From contig JBHGNT010000016.1 in NCBI GenBank assembly GCA_043228905.1, forward strand, positions 17,174,001-17,238,000: DNA of 64,000 bases, read 5' to 3'. Below are positions 40,645-52,000 of the stretch, piece by piece (positions within the stretch are counted from its first letter, which is position 1; each line of letters starts with the position of its first letter). A program made the translations under genes and the position numbers. The stretch is from Azolla caroliniana. Lineage: Eukaryota > Plantae > Polypodiophyta. The notes beneath the pieces are model-generated. The model made no database searches and was not told the origin of the DNA. It was given only the letters and a program-made list of their open reading frames with translations.

Positions 40645-41514
40645 CTATTTGCCTACATTTCCATCTTTAGGCACATCCTTAACCTTGTTTTTCAATCTTT
40701 CTTCATATGCTTTACGACGAGCATTTTGTTGTGAGATAGTACGATCTTCACTCACAAAGCATTGTGTACCTTTGAGGTATACCCAACTATTTTCGAGTAT
40801 GATCCGCCGCTTTGTATCATCTGTCATTGTGCATACAATAGGCCTTTCTCCGGAGCGAGTAACACCATGTTTCCCAACTCGGTGTGCCCCATATACATTC
40901 ACATCTGACATCCCATAATGCATGCTAAAAAATTCACCAATGGCCTTTCCAAGGGATGCGGGTGTTTCCATACTCTCTTCTTTAATCCCACGGACGACAA
41001 TGTTCTTTGATCGTCGTTCGCGTTCTTTCAATTCTCGGACATCTATGCTTTCTATATTCTTCTCTTGATGCATCACCTGCATATTAGATGAGTTTGATAA
41101 CACATCCCCACCACATACATCGGCCCATGACTTCGTTGTACATACATTTTTCATCTCACTTACATCCCGCCTCATCGTGTCCAATTTTTCTTCTTTTAAT
41201 GCTTCCTTTAACTCAATCTTGTTAAGGCGCTCATTTGTTTCAAATGAAGCTCTTTTACATTCTTGAATCTCTTCTTGAAGTTTTGCAACCACTTGTTTAA
41301 GACTTTCATTCTCAATGACAACACTTTGGAGCTTAGTATTCTCTTTCATTAACATCCTAATCTCTTCACCTTGCTTGTTTATGGTTTCTTGAAGAGAAAT
41401 CAAGTGACTCATAAGCATTTTGTCCATTGCATTAGAATCGAGATTTGTTGGTGATCTCGGCTCATTATCAATCATACCCCCAAACTTTGCGGCGGTTTTA
41501 CGAGTATTTGCCAT
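40645..41514 (-). CDS. LINE ORF1 (coiled coil + RRM/CTD-like, 289 aa)
   Basis: Coiled-coil stretch, then RSKNIVVRGIKE, AHRVGK, RPIVCTM and LKGTQCFVSEDRT. Ends 6 nt before the ORF2 ATG. Confidence 0.85.
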   Translation of the reverse strand: MANTRKTAAKFGGMIDNEPRSPTNLDSNAMDKMLMSHLISLQETINKQGEEIRMLMKENTKLQSVVIENESLKQVVAKLQEEIQECKRASFETNERLNKIELKEALKEEKLDTMRRDVSEMKNVCTTKSWADVCGGDVLSNSSNMQVMHQEKNIESIDVRELKERERRSKNIVVRGIKEESMETPASLGKAIGEFFSMHYGMSDVNVYGAHRVGKHGVTRSGERPIVCTMTDDTKRRIILENSWVYLKGTQCFVSEDRTISQQNARRKAYEERLKNKVKDVPKDGNVGK

Positions 41515-41777
41515 TGTAGGGACAAACCGTATGGGAAAAGAGAGACAAAGAGGGAAGGAGAGAGAATATACCTTTCACTCGATTTAGGGCTTCAAAATCT
41601 ACCTTCCGTTTGAGGAATCGTGGGGCAAAGATGGCTGCGGATGAAAATGCTCATAACTTCTCGCCACGTTAACGGAATTCAGTAAATGAACATTCTTTAG
41701 AAAGCTCTCTCAAAGAGCTTTCCAACGAGCTATAGAACGTAGAAAACGATGGCCAGAGTGAACTTACAGAGAGCTTT

Positions 41778-41816
<39 letters not shown>

Positions 41817-42641
41817 GGACAGAGATGGCAGACCATAGAATGGCCGGACAGGGCCGACAGAGATGGCAATGACGCCAAACGATGGCAGAACAGGAACGGA
41901 AAGCGGCGGCTGGACAGCCACGTCCGAGCATCGGAGGACACCGATGGCAACGACGACGGACCCAGAGACAGAAATAGAAAAAAAAAAAAAAAACAGAGAC
42001 CGAGACCGAGACGGAGATGAACAGAGAAGGCCGTACAAACACACAACGACACACAAAAGCAGAGCGTGACAGCCACGGACAATGGACATAGCATAGCGGT
42101 GGTGAAAGAAGGAAGAAAAACGAGAAGAGAGGATGAAGATAAAAAGAAGAGAAAGATGAAACAGAATCAGAAAAGAAGAAGAAGAAACAGACAACGATAA
42201 GAGAGAGAAAACGCAAACAGAAAACAAGAATAAGAAGAAACAAGAGAGGAAGAAGAAAAAGCAAGAAAGAAAACACAAAAAGAGAGGGGGGGGGCATGTA
42301 ACAAATATTGAAACCTTGAGGGTACTGAATGAAATTGTCAAAATTCGAGGGTATGTAATAAAAATTTTAAAACTTGAGGGCACCGACGAAATTGTAAAAA
42401 CTCATCCACCTAGAGAAATGGATGTGATCAACAACGACAACTCACACAAAATTAAAGGAAGATACACATACACACAACATTTTTGGACCCATGACGAAGT
42501 TCGTAAGTCGACAGAACGAGAATGTTCGTGTCGCGGAAGATTTGCTGACCAACAAAGATGGTCGAGTCAAGCACTCCGATCGAGGGAGTCGATCGTTGAA
42601 AGGACCGATGGAAGTTCCGGTCGAAGAAATATCATCATCAA

Positions 42642-42686
42642 GGCATGTGGGATCGACGTGCAAGGCACTCTCCCACGGGCGTGCCA
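42642..42686 (+). promoter_or_regulatory. tRNA 3'-half mimic ending in CCA (a minus-strand PBS) at the position of the PPT; second copy 45664-45708
   Basis: GGCATGTGGGATCGAC-GTGCAAGGCAC-TCTCCCACGGGCGTGCCA ends 5 nt before the LTR. Its reverse complement begins TGGCACGCCCGTGGGA. Confidence 0.7.
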
Positions 42687-42979
42687 TATTGTGTTACCCC
42701 GTACGAGATGTACGGAGAGTCAGTGTGATGAGCGAGGGTCGAATATTATCATGATGATGTTGTATATGTGTAGGGAACATAAATGCAATTGTGAGTCGAT
42801 ATGTATGTGAACACATGCACACGTGTGTGCATGTGGAGGGATACGATGAGGTGTGAGTGAGTGTCCAATATGAATGCTCTAGGGGGCTTACACCCCTTTG
42901 TATCTACCCCCTCTTGTATTATTTAACCCCTTTATGGGGAATGAATGAATGAATAAATCATTTCTCTCTATCTCTCTTT

Positions 42980-43016
<37 letters not shown>

Positions 43017-46001
43017 CCTCAACGTTGAACCCCCTTGGGAGGGAGGTGGAGCCATTCTAGGCACCACCCCCCACCCCGCAATGCTTCTCAATGCACATGA
43101 TCTCTCTCGCCACCAATCCCATACCATTCACCATCTCCACCATTCCACAATGCTTATCTCCATCATCACACCCATCATTATAATCATGCTATCATAATCG
43201 TCATCCCTAACCCTAAAACGTACAACACCTTTTGGCGACCACTAAGGCGACCCCCCTTTGGAGACGGAGTCGAAGAATGATACACGACAATGTGAGGCAT
43301 AGTGATGATGATATGTAAGAGATGTCCAAGTAATGATGGCGATATGCAGCAAAAGGCGGAAGAAATCAGAAATGGAAGATTGACAAGATTGACTGCTGCA
43401 CAATTCTACAACAAATTAATCTCTATATGTGAATGTTTTGTGTGGTTTGTTTTTGCCCTAAATGTCCGAGAAATGTTGGCCAAGATGTACAAAAACGGTG
43501 TCAATACATGAGAGGAAGTTGCAAAACAAGTTGCAAAAGGATGGCGTTACATGAGTGTGCGAGAATGGAAATGACAATGTGCAAATGTGCGGTTAGCAGC
43601 AACGTGTGCGTGTTCCAAGGAGACTGCGGAGGAAGACGCAATGTGTGGAGCGTGGGCCAGCAAGATGTGCGGGACCGAAATGAGACGTGTTCACAATTTC
43701 CAGTTTCCAGAGAAGCAACGCGGAAAAAGTTGGAACCAGAACAAGAGTTGGTTGGCACCGAAGCGGCCGTAATGGCCGGGCGGCCGTCAGAGTAGACAGA
43801 GCCGAAACAGCAATAGTGACGCCGAAAAGCGACGGACAGAGAGACAACCGTCAGATATCAACGGCTGACAACCGGATGACGACTGAACAAACCGGCCACG
43901 CGACTGCAGACCGGTCGGACAGGGTTGACGAAGATGAGAGAGGCTTCAGGAACGGTCATCACCAATCGACAACAGCCGGAGCGGCCGGAGGGCCGGACAA
44001 GGTCAGGGAAGCAAATAGGCTGCCAGGATGATGGACGGTGTCGGACGACGACGAAACCGACAGAGGGAACGACAGCCAGATGGCCACCGTACGGAGAGCG
44101 GCTGAAGCATGGTGGATGAAGTACTGGCCGAAGAGCGAGCGACCGGTATGGCGGCCAGAATGCGGGACAAATGGCCGAAACGACGACGACGCTATACGGC
44201 AGAGGCCGGACAGTGGCGGCGAATGGCAACCCGAAACCCTACACAACAGTCAAAGAGTGGCCGAAGAGCAGCGGCCAGATTGTGTGCAGAGCGACCAAGC
44301 GATGGACGAGGTTGGATTATGACGAACCGGCAGAGACGACAACAGAAACGGAAACGGGGCTGGATGGAAAGGCGCCGGACAAGAACGGACAACTCGAGTG
44401 AAGGACGAATGGCGACAGAAACACGACCGAACGGAGAATGATGATGAAGACGGAAGATGACGAAACGGTTGCAGAGATGGAGAGACAACCAGAGTGGTAA
44501 CGGTCGGCACGGTGACCAAGCAATGACCAGAACGGACCGGAAGACAACGGACAACGGCCAAACAGAGGCCAAAAAGAGGGAGCCGTACAATCGATGGATG
44601 AACAACAGACGGGAAAACAGACAATGACGAAGACATTGATCAGCAATAGAGATGTAGACAAGGCGGGCGACGATTGAGCGGCGACGTAACCAGATGGTCA
44701 AGGGACGGAGAGAACCAGAGCGGCGTCCAGACAACAACGACAGTCGAACGACATCTGGATGGCAACTGAATAAAGTGGCCGGAGCAGCCTAAGTGTTGGC
44801 GGCCAGACAACCGATGGTCGTAAAGAATAGAGACAGCTGGACAGAGATGGCAGACCATAGAATGGCCGGACAGGGCCGACAGAGATGGCAATGACGCCAA
44901 ACGATGGCAGAACAGGAACGGAAAGCGGCGGCTGGACAGCCACGTCCGAGCATCGGAGGACACCGATGGCAACGGCGACGGACCCAGAGACAGAAATAGA
45001 AAAAAAAAAAAAAAACAGAGACCGAGACCGAGACGGAGATGAACAGAGAAGGCCGTACAAACACACAACGACACACAAAAGCAGAGCGTGACAGCCACGG
45101 ACAATGGACATAGCATAGCGGTGGTGAAAGAAGGAAGAAAAACGAGAAGAGAGGATGAAGATAAAAAGAAGAGAAAGATGAAACAGAATCAGAAAAGAAG
45201 AAGAAGAAACAGACAACGATAAGAGAGAGAAAACGCAAACAGAAAACAAGAATAAGAAGAAACAAGAGAGGAAGAAGAAAAAGCAAGAAAGAAAACACAA
45301 AAAGAGAGGGGGGGGGCATGTAACAAATATTGAAACCCTGAGGGTACTGAATGAAATTGTCAAAATTCGAGGGTATGTAATAAAAATTTTAAAACTTGAG
45401 GGCACCGACGAAATTGTAAAAACTCATCCACCTAGAGAAATGGATGTGATCAACAACGACAACTCACACAAAATTAAAGGAAGATACACATACACACAAC
45501 ATTTTTGGACCCATGACGAAGTTCGTAAGTCGACAGAACGAGAATGTTCGTGTCGCGGAAGATTTGCTGACCAACAAAGATGGTCGAGTCAAGCACTCCG
45601 ATCGAGGGAGTCGATCGTTGAAAGGACCGATGGAAGTTCCGGTCGAAGAAATATCATCATCAAGGCATGTGGGATCGACGTGCAAGGCACTCTCCCACGG
45701 GCGTGCCATATTGTGTTACCCCGTACGAGATGTACGGAGAGTCAGTGTGATGAGCGAGGGTCGAATATTATCATGATGATGTTGTATATGTGTAGGGAAC
45801 ATAAATGCAATTGTGAGTCGATATGTATGTGAACACATGCACACGTGTGTGCATGTGGAGGGATACGATGAGGTGTGAGTGAGTGTCCAATATGAATGCT
45901 CTAGGGGGCTTACACCCCTTTGTATCTACCCCCTCTTGTATTATTTAACCCCTTTATGGGGAATGAATGAATGAATAAATCATTTCTCTCTATCTCTCTT
46001 T

Positions 46002-46036
<35 letters not shown>

Positions 46037-46682
46037 CCTCAACGTTGAACCCCCTTGGGAGGGAGGTGGAGCCATTCTAGGCACCACCCCCCACCCCGCA
46101 ATGCTTCTCAATGCACATGATCTCTCTCGCCACCAATCCCATACCATTCACCATCTCCACCATTCCACAATGCTTATCTCCATCATCACACCCATCATTA
46201 TAATCATGCTATCATAATCGTCATCCCTAACCCTAAAACGTACAACAATCATAATAGAGAAAGAGGGAGAGAAGGTAAAAGTATATACAATCTTTATAAG
46301 ACAAGAGAAGAACTAGCTTGGTGGTGGCGGTGCTGAACTCACAACGAAAAGGCGGAGGTTCAAGTGTTATCCTCATCGAAAGATAGAAGGGAAGATTGTG
46401 GTGTACTATCAAGTAAGAGAAGAGCGACTACCTTGTGAGATAAAGTTCGACGGTTCAACGACACTTGCAACCATTTTGTAACTCTTTCATGAAATAATTA
46501 TAAATTTCTTACATTCCCTCAATTATCATTTTACATTCTATCTTGTCACATCTTGATGATCACTATTTACTCTATCTCTACTCTTTCGTTTCTTCTGTCC
46601 AAAATCCAAGTGATTCCTTCCTCACTTTCACGTTATCTTTTGTCTACACACGCTATGCTTTTGGGCGAGCCACGCCACGACA

Positions 46683-47470
46683 ACAATGTCGACTGTGAAG
46701 AGACCTTTGCCTCAGTGGCAAAGATGACGACTATTCGAACCATGATTGCATTTGCAGCGGTCAAAGGGTGGCACCTCCATCAGATGGATGTCAAGAATGC
46801 CTGTCTCCAAGGCAAATTAGAAGAGGAGGTGTACATGGTACAACCAACTGGCGTCGAATCCAATATCCATCGGAAAGCAGTTTGCCGACCAAAGAAGCCA
46901 CTCTACGGCCTTAAGCAAGCACCATGTGCTTGGCATTTGAAGATAACATAATATCTTTATCGAATTGGCTTCCGAATATCAAAATCCGACAACTCTCTTT
47001 ATGTAAGAAGTGATTCTGAAAGTCCAATCGTCATCATCCTATATGTGGATGATTTGCTCATTGGAGGTAGGCATCTCATCAACATCAAGAAGGTCAAGTC
47101 CCTCCTCTCTAGCAAATTAGTGATGATGGACTTGAAAGAGCTCCATTACTTCCTTGGCATCGAGGTAATTTGGACTCTGAATGAAACTACATGCTCAACT
47201 TGTTATACAAGTTTGGAATGACTGAGTGCAAATTTGTTGCAACCCCTCTCGATCGAAACCTCAAACTGGATGCCAACCCTGGCACAAAAGAGTGTGAGCC
47301 GACACGTTATCGACAACTTGTTGGTAGTCTCATCTACCTCACGATCACTCGACTCGACCTGAGCTATCCGATCGGTCTCCTTATCTAATTCATGCAAACT
47401 CCATGTGATATTCATTTAGATTGTGCTAAGTGAGTGTTACGATATGTGAGTGGAATGATGGACTATGGAG
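46683..47470 (+). pseudogene. Copia RT relic
   Basis: EETFASVAKMTT, HQMDVKNA, LYGLKQAP, LYVDD, YRQLVGSLIYLT. Confidence 0.88.
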
Positions 47471-49091
47471 GGTAGCTAAGACGATAGCTTTTGTGAGCCG
47501 ACTTTGGCACAAAAGGGTAGCTAAGACAACAGCCTTCCGACATAATGTGCTTATGAGGGTAGCTAAGCCTCATATTTATACCTTTTCCTAGGACCCTTGA
47601 ATAGATGTGCCTTTCTAAAAGGTTTTCCATTCATTGGTTGTCCAAATCATGATAGTGCATGCACCTATCATTCTTTCTATCCAATCACATCATTCCCCTT
47701 TTTAACATTAGTGAACATACCCTTCACTTATGTAAATATTAGTGATCTACCCTCACCTACGTTATGTGTACATAGCATACTCCCCCACTTCAAAGATTGC
47801 CCTCTTGCAATATAAAATGCAGAAATTGTGCCTGAGTATGCTCATGTTCCCATGTGGCATCATCAATAGGTTTATCCATCCATTTGATTTTGAATAGTAG
47901 AATCTCTTTACAACGTAAAAGTTTAGTACGAGAATCAAGAATTCATTCAGGAACATGAGGTTTGTAAGAAAAATCCTTCAATGTTACAAGATCCTGGATT
48001 GTGATGGTGTTATCACCATAGCCTAAAAATGGTTTTAGACGACTGACGTGAAAAACAAGATGAATACCAATGTTACGGGGTAAGCAGATGACCCAACTCG
48101 CTTAAGGATTTCAAATGGGCCACAATATCATGGGGCTAACTTAGCGCACTTGCCCGTAGACAATGATGTAGAGTCAATCGGCACACACAAAAAACTTTTT
48201 GACCAATAGTAAATGCACGAGAATGTCTATCTTGATCAACATAAAATCGAGCACGATCTTGAGCTGTCTTGACATATTCTTTGGCAATATGCAACATTTG
48301 GTCTGTGTCTTGCAAACAATTGCGCGTATTGTCTAATGTATCATGATGAATCGTGACATCGACTAGGGCATGTGGCTGAAAACCATACATCAACATAAAA
48401 GGACTATATCTAGTGGATATATGTTTAGAGCTATTATAGGCAAATTCTAAGATAGGAAGGTATTGTGCCCACTTAGAAGGGGTTTTTGCTACATAAGCTT
48501 GAAACATGTCCTCAATAATTTGATTAACTCCTTCAGTTTGTCCATCAGACCAAGGATGATCTGCAGAACTCATGCTCAATGTAGTTTCTAGTTTCTTAAA
48601 GACATGAATCCAAAAGTCACTAGTAAACTTGGAATCTCGATCACTTACAATATCCATCGGTAATCCATAAAAACGAAATAACTTATCAACAAATTTATAA
48701 GCCAATTGTTGAGCGGTTACCGTGGTTTTGGTAGGAATAAATCTAGCAAATTTTGTTAGTCGGTCAACAACAACCCAAATGGCATCATGACCCCTCTGTG
48801 TACGAGGGAAACTAACAATAAAATCCATCGAGATACTTTCCCATTTGTTGTTGGGAATATCTAAAGGATGTAAAAGACCAACAGCTTTAAGTCGTTCCGA
48901 ATTATGAAGCTAACATTATAAGCATTGAGTCATGTATTTATGCACGTCAGAGTGCATCTTAGGCCAAAAAAAAGTACTCAAGATAAGAACGAGTGTGTGT
49001 TGTATTCCAGGATGACCAACAGATGGTGCATCATGACGTTCATGAAGAATTTTCTATTTACGTTTGGTAAATCTGGAACACAGACCTTTCC
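47471..49091 (-). pseudogene. Older chromovirus relic (integrase and LTR remnants); continues at 56141-56180 and 56932-57070
   Basis: [26 protein letters not shown]..., highly similar to the intact element. The reading frame continues across the insertion (LLYHSGK|VCVPDLP). Confidence 0.85.
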
Positions 49092-52000
49092 TGTTACGGG
49101 CATGACCATATAATATCCCGTGGTGAGAATTGTCGTAGTATTCTATACACGTGGATAAGTGTGAGGGTTAAACAAAGAGTCTAAAGAAGGGGAGGATTAC
49201 TTTTAATCCTCGGGATTGAGACAACCCATGAGGCCAAGTGTGAACATGGCTGGGGGCCTTGAGAATTACTATAAATAAGAGGCCTAGCTACCCTCATTTC
49301 ATCATGCATTGACTACGTCGAGACTCTGTCCGTGAGTGGAACGACTCTTGTAGCAAGCGCGCTATCATCCAGGTACGACTCGACGCCAAGGCGGTGGTAT
49401 GGGACGCCGATTGAGGCTCGAGTCCGTCTCGATCCCTTCGCTCGGGGGTGGTCGGGTGGATCGGCACCCTTCTTTCTCTCTTTTCTCTCTATTCTTTCTA
49501 GATCTATCATTGATATATCCTTATTTTATGCTTACTTTAGTACCTAATCTCTAATATTTGGTATCAGAGCCTATGTACTAACGTTTCTTTTGGTTTTCTT
49601 TTTGTCTTCGCGTGGGATGGCGATTGATCGTTGTGCGGTCGCCTTCATGCAGACAAGGATTAGCGAAAGAACTTCGGTAAATTTTCCTTAATTTTTTATC
49701 TAATTTTTCTTCTCCCTTCTATACATGTGTATACTTAATATGTAGTTTTTTTTTCATATATTCAATGATGTTGACGTGGTATTTAATTGGTTATCTTAAA
49801 CGTTTACATATGTCCACGAGGTCAATACCTCGTTTGACATATAAATCATATGTGATGAGTGTCGTATGCGTACGAGGTTACTACCTCAATTGCGTATTAC
49901 GTTCACGAACATATGTTACGTTCGCGTACGAGGTCAATACCTCGATTCGTTCGAAATGATATGCGTTGGATTTACTATGCGTAAGAGGTCAATATCTCAA
50001 TTGCGAATTACGCTTAACCTTATTTTCGGATGTTTCGTGTGCGTAGAGGTATATGCCTCGATTACGTATCCCGAATACATCATTGTTGGCTATATAAAAA
50101 AAACGATTCATTTAGTATACGCATATGTGGTCACTTATATACGTCTCTGATCGTATATATGTGATATATTGACATATGTGTATATTTTAGATTACGTGAT
50201 TCATATCAAATGTTTTCCTAATTGGGGAGAGGATTTTGGTGGCCGTCCTCACATTTTTGTGAGAATGGCGTTGTCACCATCCCTTTTATCAACAATTTTT
50301 ATTGTTGCAATTCCCGTTGGTCACTTTGATCTTTCGTTACGTAACGAACCTCGTATAGCCAAAATGATGTTGAATACGTCGGGCTTGATCCACATCAAGT
50401 AGGGTCGCTCTAATGACACACGTATCCAACATCTCCCCTCGTTACATGGATACGATGCCACCATGAGCTCGTTCTTACGAGTGCCATTCGTAATGACGTG
50501 ACCATGTGATGGGCCACATGAGCCTACGAAGACACAAGGGCTCATTCGGCTTGACCATTAGGTTACACTTTGGCATATGCCATTGTACTTACGAGGCTTG
50601 AGGGTAGGTAGCGTACAACCATAGTGGGTAATAAATGAGGGAGAAATAAGGCCACTTGACCTATATGTTTCTTTTAAAAAAAACATATAGGGGCAAATGC
50701 CTCGCATATCTCGAATACGCCTCAAACATTAAATATTCAAGACGCGCAATCTACTTGGTTGGCTCAAGTGTTTAATGTATTTGTCCTCGAGGTCTCGAGT
50801 TCAAATATGACCAACACCATACAACATCGTTGATACATATGACTATAATACATGTTTAGACTTTAGGTCTAAGTGCACTTCGGGGTCCTCGTAATAGGAC
50901 TTAAAGAGCCGAAACCACATATGTGGGCACAGAAACATAGTTATTGTTAACATTTTTTTTCGTGTATAAACTATTCATGACGCGAACATACATGGTTGAG
51001 CCTCGGGGAGCCGCCATGAAAAAAATCGATATAGAGATCAGGGAAAGGCATTCATTTGTCACCCCCATGGTTTTTAAAACACCTCTGTGTTACCATAGTA
51101 ACCTGATCTTGAACCTCATCTCATACGTCTAGAGGGGTATTGACGTGAGATCATGATATCGATTAATGTTTGCCCATGATATGTTTACACCACGACAAGA
51201 TGTTATGACTATTTGTCTGACCTTATCTTATTTCTTTGCCAGAAATAATCATTCAATGGCTCAGAATAACGACCCGATGCCCTCCGCTCAAGCGGAAAGA
51301 CCTCAAGGAAATCCTCCTGGGACAATGTCCATTGAGGCGTATATTTTACAAGTACAACATTTCCTTAGTTCAACCGCGCAGCAGTTGACCGAATTTCGGC
51401 AATCTCAAAGTGCTCTCGAGGCACGAGTCATTAGTCTCCAAAATGAGATTAATAGACCTGATGAGCGTCAGGGTGAACCATCATTTGTCGTAAAGCCATT
51501 TACGGGAGATAAAAAGGAAAGAACCGAAGAAGCAATCTGCACGTGGCTGGCCCGATGGGAGTCTCATTTTGAGCTCTATCCCACGCCAGATAGTACGAAG
51601 ATTGCATATGTCGGCCGAGAACTAGGGGGTAAGGCCGCCGCTTGGTGGCGTGGGCTCCGAACTTTGGGGAGATTGCCCGAGACCTGGACAGACTTTGTCA
51701 CAGTTTTCAAGGGTCAATTTCTACAACCTCCCTCTCGAACCGAGGCAGCACAAGCTTTAATGAACCTCTCTAGCAGGAAGTTTTCCTCGCTAGAAGACTA
51801 TGTCCACCATGCTAGAACCCAAATCCAAAAATCGAGTCTAGAAGGGGACAATTGGTTAATAGCTTGTTTTGTCAATGGCATTCCCAATTCAGACTATCAC
51901 TGGATAGTGCACGATAAGGATCCAAAATCCTTCGAAGAGGCCGTTGAGATAGTTCTTCGCTATCAACGCACTTCGAAGAAGGACCATAACAAACCCAACG

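Larger units (their letters stand above)
37188..41812 (-). mobile_element. RTE-X-like LINE copy A, full length, inserted into internal region 1
   Basis: (CT)n head, 5' UTR, ORF1, ORF2 and (TCTA)n tail. The empty target site is visible in the duplicate unit at about 44825 (GAATAGAGACAGCTGG). Confidence 0.93.
35046..46247 (+). mobile_element. Non-coding tandem LTR element with three LTRs (LTR-I-LTR-I-LTR), PBS-like sites at both ends of the internal region, no PPT
   Basis: LTRs at 35046-35583, 42692-43227 and 45714-46247 (TGTTAC...ACAACA). TSD ATCAT at 35041-35045 and 46248-46252. The 2486-bp purine-rich internal region has no retroelement ORF. Period is 3022 bp. Orientation is inferred. Confidence 0.9.
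34549..46682 (+). mobile_element. 3' LTR of that Gypsy, split into 34549-35045 and 46248-46682 by the three-LTR element
   Basis: TGTCGTG...CACGACA inverted termini. Copia RT sequence resumes immediately after 46682. Confidence 0.75.

Noticed and set aside
35658-45832. Many overlapping 60-235 aa ORFs in the internal region of the three-LTR element
   Set aside because: They are low-complexity products of GC- and purine-skewed sequence on both strands, with no recognisable domain.
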